A stretch of 64,000 nucleotides of DNA, taken from NCBI GenBank assembly GCA_964016885.1, contig OZ024744.1, positions 125,302,001 through 125,366,000 of the forward strand. Direction: 5' to 3'. The stretch is from Eledone cirrhosa. Taxonomy: Eukaryota. Below are positions 11,916 through 24,961 of the stretch, piece after piece. Position 1 is the stretch's first letter, and every line of letters starts with the position of its first letter. Under the pieces are notes generated by a model, which was given only the letters and a program-made list of their open reading frames with translations, did not search any database and was not told the DNA's origin. The position numbers and the translations under genes are program-made.

Positions 11916-12239
11916 TCAGCCGGTCGCCCTAAAGTGTTGGCTATTCAGTCTACTTGAGGCCAGTTGGTGAGGGGGGGGTAAAGCTTTCAGTGTGCTACTA
12001 CCCTCACGGTCAAATAGAAAGGGAGAGGAAGAAAAGTCAGCGTTAATATCGTGCTACACGTTTGAAAGGTTGGATGACCTTAGAGTTCACCAGGGTGGGG
12101 GGTTCTAAAAGTATCTATCTTGGTATTTTATCTTAGAAGTAATCATTACAGAGTGTACTGGGTGTATTTTAGTGGGCAGTAATTCCATAAAGAACACAGT
12201 ATAATCTGTGGACACAAGCCTTGCAGTGTGATTACAGGC

Positions 12240-12930
12240 AGGTTAATGGGAAAGATAGATTATATATGTGACATGATGTACATGAGAAGTGAGGACACAG
12301 ACCACACATGAAATAGATTCCTACAACTGTCAGGGAGGCTCCCTAGAATTACAGATGACATATTTCAATATCTCGGTGATCAAGTTAGCAGTGGAGGAAG
12401 AATCTCTAAAAGTGTAATACCCAGGATAAGGACAGGCTGGAAGAAGTTTAGAGTACTGTTCCATCTGTTGACAACAAAGGGCTTCTCTCTCAGAATGGAG
12501 GCTAGACTGCTTGATACTTATGTGTGGTCTGCAATCTACACCCCAGCCATGCCCCTTCCACTACCACTCCTTAGCTATTTCTCTCCATTAATACTCCTCA
12601 CATTTCAAGCAGTTTTCTCATCTCAATGAAAGAAAAATATTGGGCTCAAGAGAAGTCTTCAGTTATGCCATGGTGTGGCAACCTCCCTAGGGTTGGGCAG
12701 AGTGTAAATGAGAGTGAAATTAGGTATGAGAGGGATCAGATGCAGTATACAAGAGAGTAGATTACATTGGTATGGTCATGTGATGGGTATAAAGGATGAC
12801 AGCTGTATAAAAATGTGCTGGGCAATCAAAGTTGATGGAAGTTATGAAGGCGGAAGACCTAGGATGAGGTGATAAAAGATGACTTTGCACAATTGCAACT
12901 CTCAAAGACAATGACACAGGATAGAGATCT
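12240..12930 (+). mobile_element. Decayed RTE-clade LINE C-terminal region
   Basis: Paralogous copies (51698, 58214, 61888) translate as KLGMRGI.CSIQESRLHWYGHVM..GGRPRMTWDEVIKDD, the typical RTE C-terminal motif. Confidence 0.75.
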
Positions 12931-13593
12931 TATTTATGTTTATTTACGTTTAGCGTAATCGATTTGTTTTCGATTTGTTTCCATATCACCACGCGTTTTA
13001 TTTCATAGTCATAGTTATCAAGTTAGAAAACAAATGAAGTTCAGGGGGCCGACACTACCGACTTTCTTAAAGAAAAACAATTTAACGCGGGTAACTACAA
13101 GATAACCTTGATTTGTAATACTGGCAGACATTGAAATATTTAAAATTCTCTATAATTTCCTTTTTATCAGGTCCCAAGCAGTAACACTTCGAATATTTCA
13201 ATAAATATTAACCAGTTACTCCCGTTTTCGTTCTTTCTTTAATGTGCACTCTTTCTTTCTTTAATGTGCATTCTTTCTTTCCTCTACACTGCATCTGACC
13301 TCTCTTATACCTAGTTTCTCTCTCAGTTTATTAATGCTTGTTGTTCATGCACACTATTACACATCTATCAGATCCTGTAAACTTCATTTCTTTCCAGTCT
13401 TTATAGGTCCTCTGAATATATTGCCCTGGTCTCACTTCAATGTAACATTGCTGTTTGTACACAGACTTCATACAATCTGCCTTTCACTTTCAGGGGAAAT
13501 CATTTTGTAGGCATCAGTAGTAGTAGCTCCCTAAACTGTTTCCATCCCATTCTCACTCAGGCTACTGTACCTTCAGAACACCCACCTCCACTG

Positions 13594-15932
13594 TTAATTT
13601 GGTTAATTAAGTTAACAGAAATTATGAACCGGTTTCTACAGAGCCTTCTGGACATTTAACCCTTTAGCATTTAAACCAGCCATACCTAGCCAGAATACTC
13701 TCACATCTTTCTGTTCAAACCAGCCATAACTGGCCACTCATACTGACGTTAAGGTATTGTTCTCAATATAAATAATATCAAAATCTCATAGATTCGATAT
13801 TATATGAGATAATTATGTAAGATAAAGCCTTTACCACAAAAATACAATAGTATATATAGAGTAATAAAAATGCTAAAGGGTAAAAGTAGCTTATTATTTT
13901 GTGAGCTCTTGCTACTTATTGCTCTTGTGCATCAAGAACATACACAGCTTACATTTTGTTGCTAATCTCACTGAGATCCAACTACATCTCTTGTTTATCC
14001 ATAGTTTGGAATTTCTACCTACTCCTTTCCTTTAGAATGATCAAGGCCATTTTCTTGTGGGGATCTAGGCCCTGTTTTCCTTTCTATTTTGCCAAGTTAT
14101 CTTACATCACTTTCATTCTAGACCATGCTTCCAGGTTTGGAATTTCTCCTCTAATTTTACCACAGATTAAGTGACAAGGGTTCAATCATGTGCATACAGG
14201 AGTTCCCATGGACAGCCAGTAATATGTAATAGCCTGCAGGATGATAATAAACAGAAGAGGGTTAATTACAGAGCCCTGATAGAGGGTTAATAACAGAGCC
14301 CTGATAGACTTGTTCACTCAACTCCTCACTATAGCCATCATTACTTTTAACCTTACTGACTGCTCCTCCATACATGGCTTTTACTGCTCTCACAAGCCAC
14401 TCATATACCCCTAGTTTTCTAAGTTATACACCAGATTAGGGAAGGGGGAAGTCTCACAGAAGCTCTCTCTGGGTCAACAAATGCCAAGTAGAGGGGCTTA
14501 TTTTAGCTAGGTACTACTCTTGCAGTTGCCACACAAGGAAGAGGACATCAGTGGTACTTTTACCTGGCACAAATCCAAACTTCATCTCATCTAGGTTAAC
14601 TTGGTCCCTAATCAGCTGTGTTATAAATCTAACACCTTCATGAAGTGGTCCATCTAATATCTCTATAGTTTTCTAGCTCTAGTACATCTCCTTTGCCCTT
14701 GTAGCAGTTGATGATGATGATACTACACCATTTATTTGGTATGACACCATTTTGTATTACATGCTGTACGATACCAGTGGTTAAGATGTGACCCACCATC
14801 CCAGATACTTTCAGTATCTCAGCAACTATCACCAATGGACAAGATACTTTCTCTGTCTTCATATCCTTAATTACCTTACTTCATATCCTTAATTACCTTA
14901 CTGCTTACTTGTATGGCTGGACCCTCTGTTGGGCCCACTTTCCGTAGACTATCTTCCTCCCATGCATTCTCCTCATTCAGTAATCTTTCATAAAGGCATT
15001 TCCATGTTACAAAGGTTGGCTGAAAAGTTCATAGACTATCAATGATAGCATGATGCTAGAGCTGTGAAATCTTGCCTGCATTAATTTCAACTCTTCTTAT
15101 TAATAACTGCATTGTTTCCTTCCAGGGACTATGTTGAAAAATAAACCTCATTTGGTCATTCCATGAGTGTATCTTGGTCTGCCTATGAACTTTTCAGCTG
15201 ACCCTATTCAGCATCAGTGAGCCCAAATGCCCCATTATCATCCTGGACACACTTTACCCCAACATCACAATTTGCCCTCACACACTGCCTCACAATCCTG
15301 AACATCTCATGTATTTCATCCTCACATCATAAAACCAACTGAAATTATATATTCTCTGCTTCCCTCCTTGCAAAGAATACTTCTTGCCTAGCTTCCTGTA
15401 GTGTACCCTCCAGCTGCCTCCATTCTGCCATTATTCCATGCCTGTCTCTTGGCCTTAACTGTCTCATCTACCCTAGTGTTTCACCACCAAGATACTCTCC
15501 TCTCTGAAGCCCTGCTCCAGCCACAGATCTAGTTTGACACCTTCAGCAAAGGTTCTTTAAGGAACTCCCACTGTTCCCCTATATTGTATGTTTCTATTTG
15601 TTCTTCCTTACTGTTGTAAAGATCAAACAAAATATCTCTAAATTTGGAACTGGCTGAGGGGTCCTTTAACTTCCATATCCTTCTCCTCCAAGTTGCCCTC
15701 AGTCTTCAAGTTCATCTAAGTCTATGAAATCACTAACTACTGGGTTATGTTGGGAGGTGCATTCTTCCCCAGGGGGTGGGGATTGTGTGTTTACAAATGT
15801 CAATATCTCATCTTCTGGTGAGGATAAAAATCTGACTGGCATGCTCCTCTGACCAATAGGTGTTGAAGTGGTTGTCGGGTAAACGTTAAGACCCTCTGAT
15901 ATACATATATATATATATACTAGCATGGTACC
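13594..15932. repeat. Tandem copy B of the RTE/MITE block (4069-bp period)
   Basis: ORFs at 9887/10569/11630 recur at 13956/14638/15699 (+4069). Confidence 0.92.
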
Positions 15933-15965
15933 CATGCTTTCCAGCATAGAGTTACGTCTCTTTAT

Positions 15966-16080
15966 GGTCTGAGTTCAAATCACGCCGAGGTTAACTTTGC
16001 CTTTCATCCTTACGGGGTCGATAAAATAAAGCACCAGTAATGTACTGGGGTCGATTTAATCGACTTTCCCCTCCTCTGCC
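15966..16080 (+). mobile_element. tRNA-derived SINE (Nin-domain-like core; octopus-type)
   Basis: GAGTTCAAATC B-box, then GCCTTTCATCCTTACGGGGTCGATAAA and ACCAGT..ACTGGGGTCGAT..ATCGAC. Copies at 52903 and 62901; decayed copies at ~27735 and ~31160. Confidence 0.8.
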
Positions 16081-16116
16081 AAATGACACACACATGCATG
16101 GTTCGGGGGAACCTAC

Positions 16117-16152
<36 letters not shown>

Positions 16153-17031
16153 GTAGGTCACTGGTTGAGTCGGTATTAACCACAGTAACTAAGGTACTCA
16201 ATACATATTAGATATAGGTGTCTTTCTAATTGCTGGCCTTGTTCATAAGGTATACACAAGTATGATGTGTGTCTGTTTAACTGTACGTGTGAAAACATCG
16301 CGAAATTGCGCCTTTTAATATTTGAATATAAACAGTTAAAAAATAATTATTTTAGTAATTTTTAAATATCGATAATGTGTATATAAATATTAGAAATCAA
16401 TTTAATTAGTTCAGTAACATTACTCGGAGTTAAGATAAACCTTCATTTGAAGAAATTCGAGATTTGACCAAATAAATAGATTATGTGATCAATAAAAAAA
16501 ATATGTATACGCGCTGTGACGACGGGTTGCAGACAGTCAGGCATACAGACACATATTTTAAAGCGTGCGACGTTAAAAGTCTTACTCTCTCTCTTTTTAG
16601 ATAGATAGACTTAATTAAAGCAGTTTCACTCTCTCTATATTTCATCAGCTCTCTCTCTCTTGAATTGAAAGATTCATTAAGGCTGAAATAATCTAAACAG
16701 TAACATCATTTTTCGCCAGCTCTAGCTTGCGTCCAGAGATATACACACACATATATATATATTTTTTTTGTTATCGAGTTGAGCTTTGCCAAGCATAGAA
16801 TTCCAAATTTGACCATCTCCACTGAAAATGTTCGTGAAATAGTCTTTAAGAAGCAATTTAATTTTTTCCAACTGAAACTGTAAGTATTTTAAAATTTATT
16901 TCAACATGGTCTTAAAAGATTGTTGGCTTTTTTTAAATTCATAACTATTTACTATGAAATATAAATTATTAAATCCAATTTATTTGATAACCATGATTTG
17001 ATTTTATAATTACCTGAATCACGTTAACATG

Positions 17032-17074
<43 letters not shown>

Positions 17075-17147
17075 GTGTGTGTATATATATATATATATAA
17101 TAATTGTTTCTACGTTACGCAGTGTATTACTGGTACTGTATTTTACG

Positions 17148-17500
17148 ATATTAAATATTAAATATTAACTATTAGATATTAAATATTAAATATTAGATAT
17201 TAGATATTAAATATTAAATATTAACTATTAGATATTAAATATTAAATATTAGATATTAGATATTAAATATTAAATATTAACTATTAGATATTAAATATTA
17301 AATATTAGATATTAGATATTAAATATTAAATATTAACTATTAGATATTAAATATTAAATATTAGATATTAGATATTAAATATTAAATATTAACTATTAGA
17401 TATTAAATATTAAATATTAGATATTAGATATTAAATATTAAATATTAACTATTAGATATTAAATATTAGATATTAGATATTAAATATTAAATATTAAATA
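17148..17500. repeat. AT-rich 7-bp minisatellite (ATATTAA/ATATTAG) with 56-bp higher-order period
   Basis: CTATTAG variant recurs every 56 bp; the paralog at 54100-54180 has only ~80 bp. Confidence 0.9.
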
Positions 17501-17607
17501 TGATATCCCTGAAATATATATAATGAAATAAATATGGTTTTATAAATGTAATTTCCATTTGTTTAATATCAAATATATATATATATATATATATGTATTT
17601 ATGTATA

Positions 17608-17673
<66 letters not shown>

Positions 17674-17899
17674 GCAGACACAGACACAGAATATCGTATA
17701 TATCACACACACACAATTAAGACTTGACGTGTTGCAGACAGCCAGACATACAGAGAGATATTTTAAAGCGTGCGACCTTACATGCCTTACTCTTTCTCTT
17801 ATCAAAAGAGAAAGAGTAATGCTAACACTTACGTCTACTTCACGCTCTCTTGAACCGTTACAGAAATTGCATCACATCTAATTATAACTTTGTACGTTT

Positions 17900-18524
<625 letters not shown>

Positions 18525-21500
18525 TAATAATAATAATAATAATGAAATGATTGTGTACAGTGCTCAGGTGCACTACAACTCATCAAAGGTGCATGTATAG
18601 TACATAGAATAATGTACAAACATCAGTAAAATGAACAGTGCACACATGTGTGCATGTGTATGGAAGGGGCACATCAGGTGTAGTTTTGGCGTATTTCGGG
18701 AAGCATGAGTGTCTTAAAGGATGCAGTGTCTCGGCAGCTAACAATTGACGCAGGCAGTTTGTTCCATGTTTCAGCAACTCTGAGCGTGAAAAAATGTCTG
18801 CGAAAGTCATGGGAGCTGTGCTGTTTTCTTATCTTGTAGGCATGTCCACGTGTGTTAGACACATGGAGATCAAAGAGGCGCTCAGGGTTGCAGTTGGCGA
18901 GATGGTTAAAAACTTTGTGGGTATTCACCAAGTCCACTGCCAGATGTCGGAGCTTCAATGAATCCATGCCCAGGGAAGCAAGGCGTTCAGAGTATGGTAG
19001 GTGTCTGATGGAGGGTATGCGCTTGGTTGCACGTCTCTGAACAGCTTCCAGGAGGTCAATGTTCCGAGCAAGATAGGGGTTCCAGACTGATGATGCGAAT
19101 TCCAAGTGTGGTCGCACCATAGCTGTATACAGTTTTAAATAGATGGCTGGAGAGCGGCTAACAAAGGTCTTGCTGAGTGATGCCAAGACACCCTCGGCCT
19201 TCTTGACAATCTTAGAGACATGCTTTGTCCAACGCAAATCGTTGCCGACAGTAATGCCCAGGTCACGTTCACAAGAGGACTTTTTGATGTCAGTGTTGTG
19301 GAGGGAGTATGTGGACGCTGGATTTTTCCTTCCAAAATGCATGGTGGTACACTTGTCCACAGCCAGCTTCAGTTGCCAGTCTGTGATCCATTGCTGCATT
19401 GTGTCCAGGTCTGATTTTAGGAAAGAGTTGTAAATTTCAGGATCAGTCCTTTTGATTTCAAGGTACAGCTTGATGTCATCTGCATATTTTAGTACCGTGG
19501 CATTCTGTAAGTTGGCATCTATGTCATTAATATATGCCACAAACAAAAGAGGACCAAGAACAGATCCCTGTGGTACACCAGATGACATCTCATATGGTGA
19601 AGAATGCTGTCCTAGAACCGTGACTACTTTCCTTCGGCTGAGAATGAAGGATTTCAGCCAGTCGAAAAGATCATCCCTCACACCCATTGCAGAGAGTTTT
19701 GCCATAAGTCTTTTGTGTGGCACAGAATTAAAAGCCTTAGCAAAGTCAAGGTAAACAACATCCACCCATGAGCCGCTGTCAGTGATCCGGGTGATGTCCT
19801 CAAGGAACTCGATAAGCTGATCACAGCAGCTGGAGTTAGGGATAAATCCAAACTGTGAGGGCCGGATGAGGCTGTGAGAGCTCCAGAAGTTCCAAAGTGT
19901 TTCTCTGACACAGGATTCCATCAGTTTGGCCATACAGCTAGTAAGACTGACTGGACGATAGTTGACAGGTGACATGCGGTTGCCCTTTTTGAACAGGGGA
20001 ATGACACTGGCAGTTTTCCACTGCTCCGGAGTAGCACCATTGCTGAGACAGTATTGAAAGAAAAAAGAAAGCTGGCGCAAAAGGAAATCCCCGCCACGTT
20101 TGAGAAGCAGGTATGTCACACCATCAAGACCAGGGGAGGCATAGTTGCGCTTATTCTTAAGGTGACGTCGCAACATTGCAGGTGTAAATTCCATAGTTGT
20201 TATGGAATTTGATGTTAGAGATGGTGGAGATGGTACATTCTGGTTTTCAACAGTAAAAATACTTGCATAGCACTCAGCAATGAGTTCTGCGCATTCCTTG
20301 GGATCGTCAGTGATCTGGCTTGTGTGGGGATTGCGAAGAGGACCAACTGGAGAGTGAGGTCTCTGCTTTGAATGAACATATTTCCAGAACACTTTACTGT
20401 CAGGATTGGTTGCGATGCACTGTTCAAATTCAAGCACTGCCTTCTTTGTCACTTGCTTGAGATGGTTAGAAGATTTATTCCGCTTTTTTCTGTTGGCATC
20501 TGATCTATGCAGTTTATATTCCCGTTCAGCGTTCCGACGTTCTTTCCTGGCAAGTCGGACTGCTGAAGTTTCCCAGATTGCACTTTTGGGGTGGTTATTT
20601 TTCCGCTTCCGTGGCACTGATGCTGCACACGCTATCCATATTGAGTCCAGGATGCTCTGGAGTATAGAGTTCACATCTCCAGAGTTATACATCTCATGCC
20701 AGTTTGGGCGCTGTAGCTCAGTGCAGTACAAGTTCCAATCCGCCCTCTTCCAATCAAAGCAAGCAGATTGGAGATGGCTCTGGTTTTTGTTGCTGCCCTC
20801 AAGTGCCAGATTGGCAATGATCATAGCATGATCAGAGTCGCCTAGAGGTTCCTCAGTAGTACAACTGATAACCACTTCAGGAGTAGTGGTGAAGATCAGG
20901 TCCAAAGTGTTGTCACCTCTTGTTGGAGAGGTGACTACTTGTGACCAGTTTGAGTCCAGCACTAGTTCAAGGAAATCGTTTGCACCCTGTGGCCAACGAA
21001 AGGTTTCCCAATCGATCTCAGGATGATTGAAGTCACCTGCAATAAACACATAAGTGGCTGTTTTCTTGGCAGCAACTCTGAGGATATCGCAAAGCTGTGT
21101 GTCCTGATGGTAGTTTGGGGGGCGATAAACAACACCAAGCAGAAGTGTTGACATGGTCATACGTATGTCACAGAAAAAAACTTCTTCCTGTGATTCGTTC
21201 AAATCAACGCAAGGAATTACCGAAAAGTTTGAACGAACGTAGACCATCACACCACCACCACGGCGGTTAATGCGGTCCTTGCGGAAAAGGTTGTACCCAG
21301 TAATGGTGAAAACCCCATCACAGAGTAAGGAATGTGCCCATGTTTCCGTGACTGTGATGAAGTCAGGGTCGATGCTTCTGACGTAGGATTCGAACAGATG
21401 TATCTTGTTGCATAAACTGCGAGCATTTAAGGACAACAATTTGTACCCTGCTCGCAGTCTATGATGGTGTGTAGAGGGTGGCAGGTTGTTCTGGTTTAGT

Positions 21501-21650
21501 TTCCCAGAGTTGTAGCAGTTTTTACATTGCCAGTTATTGTGGGTAGATCACACTCAGACCAGCTGGTATCTCTCTTCCACGTTTCACCCGCCTTGACAAA
21601 CCTCCAGATCTGCCCATCATCACGCAGACTGAAACTTTCATCTTGTGCTG
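18525..21650 (-). mobile_element. CR1-clade LINE, 5'-truncated, with intact ORF2, 3' UTR and (ATT)n tail
   Basis: ORF2 at 18674-21439; 3' UTR ends ..CAATCATTTCATTATTATTATT on the minus strand; the 5' end is lost in the TA/CA microsatellite. Confidence 0.88.
18674..21439 (-). CDS. LINE ORF2: apurinic endonuclease plus reverse transcriptase (CR1-like), 921 aa
   Basis: APE motifs NARSL, VTETW, GVVYRPP, GDFN, LDL, SDH; RT motifs NYRPVSLTS, QFGF, YLDFAKAF, GVPQGSVLGPLLF, YADD; CR1-type C-terminus RGH..K..RRHFFTLRVAETWNKLP. No stops. True start uncertain because the ORF begins at a non-ATG codon. Confidence 0.93.
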   Translation of the reverse strand: MLSLNARSLCNKIHLFESYVRSIDPDFITVTETWAHSLLCDGVFTITGYNLFRKDRINRRGGGVMVYVRSNFSVIPCVDLNESQEEVFFCDIRMTMSTLLLGVVYRPPNYHQDTQLCDILRVAAKKTATYVFIAGDFNHPEIDWETFRWPQGANDFLELVLDSNWSQVVTSPTRGDNTLDLIFTTTPEVVISCTTEEPLGDSDHAMIIANLALEGSNKNQSHLQSACFDWKRADWNLYCTELQRPNWHEMYNSGDVNSILQSILDSIWIACAASVPRKRKNNHPKSAIWETSAVRLARKERRNAEREYKLHRSDANRKKRNKSSNHLKQVTKKAVLEFEQCIATNPDSKVFWKYVHSKQRPHSPVGPLRNPHTSQITDDPKECAELIAECYASIFTVENQNVPSPPSLTSNSITTMEFTPAMLRRHLKNKRNYASPGLDGVTYLLLKRGGDFLLRQLSFFFQYCLSNGATPEQWKTASVIPLFKKGNRMSPVNYRPVSLTSCMAKLMESCVRETLWNFWSSHSLIRPSQFGFIPNSSCCDQLIEFLEDITRITDSGSWVDVVYLDFAKAFNSVPHKRLMAKLSAMGVRDDLFDWLKSFILSRRKVVTVLGQHSSPYEMSSGVPQGSVLGPLLFVAYINDIDANLQNATVLKYADDIKLYLEIKRTDPEIYNSFLKSDLDTMQQWITDWQLKLAVDKCTTMHFGRKNPASTYSLHNTDIKKSSCERDLGITVGNDLRWTKHVSKIVKKAEGVLASLSKTFVSRSPAIYLKLYTAMVRPHLEFASSVWNPYLARNIDLLEAVQRRATKRIPSIRHLPYSERLASLGMDSLKLRHLAVDLVNTHKVFNHLANCNPERLFDLHVSNTRGHAYKIRKQHSSHDFRRHFFTLRVAETWNKLPASIVSCRDTASFKTLMLPEIRQNYT

Positions 21651-21713
21651 TATATATATATATATACACACGTGTGTGTGTATTTATGTATATATATATA
21701 TATACACACACAC

Positions 21714-21755
<42 letters not shown>

Positions 21756-21872
21756 GTGTGTGTGTGTATATATATTTATATATATATACACACACGTGTG
21801 TGTGTATATATATATATATATATACACGTGTGTGTGTATTTATATATATATATATATACACACACACGTGTG

Positions 21873-21903
<31 letters not shown>

Positions 21904-21954
21904 GTGTGTGTATATATATATATCTGTCTCTCTCCCTGTCTCTCACTCTCCCTC

Positions 21955-22279
21955 TATCCCCCCTCTCTCTCTCTGTCTCTCTCTCCCCCCCCCCCCTCTC
22001 TCTCTAGTAGTAGAGAGAGACAAAGAGAGAGAGATATAAACGTATAACCCTAACCCAACCCTAACCCCAACCCTAACCCTAACCTAACCCTAACCCATCT
22101 CTCTCTCTCTCTCACCCCCTCTCTCTCTCTCTAGTAGTAGAGAGAGAGACAAAGAGAGAGAGAGATATAAACGTATAACCCTAACCCAACCCTAACCTCT
22201 CTCTCTCTTCTCTCTCTCTCTCTCCCCTCTCTCTCTCTATTCCCCCCTCTCTATTTCCCCCCCCTCTCTCTCTAGTAGT

Positions 22280-22310
<31 letters not shown>

Positions 22311-22395
22311 TATAAACGTATAACCCTAACCCAACCCTAACCCTAACCCAACCCCAACCCTAACCCATCTCTCTCTCTCTCTCTCTCTCTCTCTT
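21955..22395. repeat. Three-unit composite of (CT)n/(GA)n hairpin plus interstitial (CCCTAA)n
   Basis: CTCTCTAGTAGTAGAGAGAG..GATATAAACGTATAACCCTAACCCAACCCTAA is repeated three times. Confidence 0.85.
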
Positions 22396-22529
22396 TGTTT
22401 TTAACATTGTTTTGTTTTTCTTTTCTTTTCTTATTCAGATGACAAACGGCAGAGGATACAACAGAAGAAAAGAACAAAGATAATTATTATTATTATTACT
22501 ATTATTATTTGTTTTATTATAATCAAAAT

Positions 22530-23230
22530 ATGCTGTTAGTTAGATCTGCATTGCGTACATTTTATATAATTTATGCCAGTTCCTTTTCTGCATATCGAAC
22601 ATGGCCATTTCCCTGACGGAATAGAGTTTTGTCCTCTTTCGTGACACAAAGTACAGCCAGCGGCATCATTGCGGACAGACTTAATCCCGAATTGCACTGA
22701 CACACTGCCTCGCAATACGGAACACCGCACGTCTTTGATCTTCTTCCCGTCGATCAGCCTCCTTGCCATGCTAAGTACACCTGACGTCTAGCTTCTCTCT
22801 TAGCGGCGGCTTTATATTCTTCTCTACTCCCACTAATTTTCCAAGCATTCCATGCTAGCCTTTAGTCTCCAATGGCCCGATCTACCGTGCTGTCCCACCA
22901 CCATGTCACTCTCTGTCTGGTTGGAACTCTGATCCAGCCACAAGTTTAATCAGTAGCCTGCAATAAGTTGTCACATAAGAAAATCGAGTTCTCATGTATG
23001 TCATACGACTGTGAATCGTCTTCTTTTTCGTCATACACATATTGAAGGGCTTTCCTAAATTTCTATTTTAGTGAAATCTCTTTTAGCTTCCAGACCTTTC
23101 TTTTTTCCACATCTTCCTGTATGTCTCAATCATACCTGGAGCTGTCCAACATGACCATTGAAATCCCCTGCTAGCATAACGATGTCTCCGTCCTGTCATT
23201 GTGGCTGTTTGTAAAAATTGCTTGAAAATG
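22530..23230 (-). mobile_element. Decayed RTE LINE fragments
   Basis: SGKWPCSICRKG.GIN.IKCTQC peptide and rc of AGAGTGACATGGTGGTGGGACAG, similar to the plus-strand RTE pieces at 30389 and 47979. The left part is duplicated at 24420-24815. Confidence 0.7.
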
Positions 23231-23944
23231 AAGTCTTTCTTTTCTTTACCTAGCAGAAGCAATTAACACTAACCCAACTGTAACACTAACCCTAACACTA
23301 ACTTATGCAGGCCTAGGTAAAGACAAGAAAGATAAAACAAGGAGTGATGCTTCTTGAATTTTGTGATGCAAGTGTTTTAACCATTTGCAAAACCAACTTC
23401 CACAAACCTGCCTCACTGCCGCCTAATAACCTACAAATCAGGCAAGCACAGAAGCCGGATTTCTCGGTAGTTAGGCAGCGAGACAGACAGATGGGGTGTG
23501 AAGTACCAGGGTGTGCCCCGGGGAGGAATGTTTCCCACAGCGTGGGTTGGTTGTTGGTGATGTCTCGGTTATCTTGAGACGGAGTGAGACGTGCAGGAAT
23601 ACTCTCACGGAATCGCCAAATGAGGTTTATTTTTCAACATAGTCCCTGGAATGAAACAATGTGGTTATTAAGAAGAATTGAAATTAATGTAAGATTTCAC
23701 AGATCTATGATCAATCCTTCACAGTCAGCTTACAAAGTTTTCAGCCAAACCTTGTGTATTTCCAACATTTCAAACCCTATCTAGGACTACATTATCTAAT
23801 GTACAGTACAGTAGTTAGTATTAGTGGCTATCAGACATAGTGTATCTAAATGCAACATTTTTAACATTGTTTTTTTTTTCTTTTCTTTTCTTTTCTTATT
23901 CAGATGACAGACGGCAGAGGATACAATAGAAGAAAAGAACAATG

Positions 23945-24368
23945 ATAATTATTATTATTATTATTGTTGTTATTCCTTGAATCTCAGTCATTGATGTTGG
24001 TTAACTGGAAAGTCCGTTGGAATGAATATCAAGCCACTACCTGCAGCCTCAGATATTCAGGACGTATCGGAGGGTTCTTGCTGTTCCAAGCAAGCATGCC
24101 TTTTGAAGCGTTCCAAAAAGCGTGAAGGGGCCGATTTTCTTTAACCATCCCTGGAAACTTTTGGAGATGGACAAAAAACTGGAACACAATAGACCTGACC
24201 TGGTGGTTGTGGACAAAGAAAAAAGATCGTGTCTGATTGTGGATGTGGCCTGCCCGTTCAACACGAGAGTGCAAGAGAAGGAGAGGGAGAAAATTAACCG
24301 ATACCAGGACCTAAAGTGGGAGGTGAAAAGGATTTGGAACTTCCATGAAGTCAAAGTGATCCCGATTG

Positions 24369-24409
<41 letters not shown>

Positions 24410-24415
24410 TATTAT
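23945..24415 (-). mobile_element. R4/Dong-like non-LTR retrotransposon 3' fragment (restriction-like endonuclease) with inverted 5' segment, in (TAA)n
   Basis: Minus strand ..SKSFQGWLKKIG..LQKACLLGTARTLRYVLNI* plus UTR and (AAT)n tail. Plus strand HNRPDLVVVDKEKRSCLIVDVACP..EKINRYQDLKWEVKRIW..VIPI is a PD..D RLE motif. (ATT)n flanks both sides. Confidence 0.8.
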
Positions 24416-24961
24416 TTGTTTTATTATAATCAAAATATGCTGTTAGTTAGATCTGCATTGTGTACATTTTATATAATTTATGCCAGTTCCTTTTCTACAT
24501 ATCGAACATGGCCATTTCCCTGACGGAATAGAGTTTTGTCCTCTTTTCTACTCATCAACACTCATTCGTGACACAAAGTACAGCCAGCGGCATCATTGCG
24601 GACAGACTTAATCCTGATTTGCACTGACACACTGCCTCGCAATACGGAACACCGCACGTCTTTGATCTTCTTCCCGTCGATCAGCCTCCTTGCCATGCAA
24701 AGTACACCTGACGTCTAGCTTCTCTCTTAGCGGCGGCGGCTGTATATTCTTCTCTACTCCCACTAATTTTCCAAGCATTCCATGCTAGTCTTTAGTCTCC
24801 AATGGCCCGATCTACAGTTTCTGTCTCAACTCGTCTATGCTTGGTCGTTCCCGCACATTGACATTGCACATCCAACGGAGCATGCTTGCTTCATTTCTCT
24901 CCAGCCGTCGCATGTCCTCTGCAGTTGCTGCCCGTGTCTCACTACCATGCAGCATCGCGCA

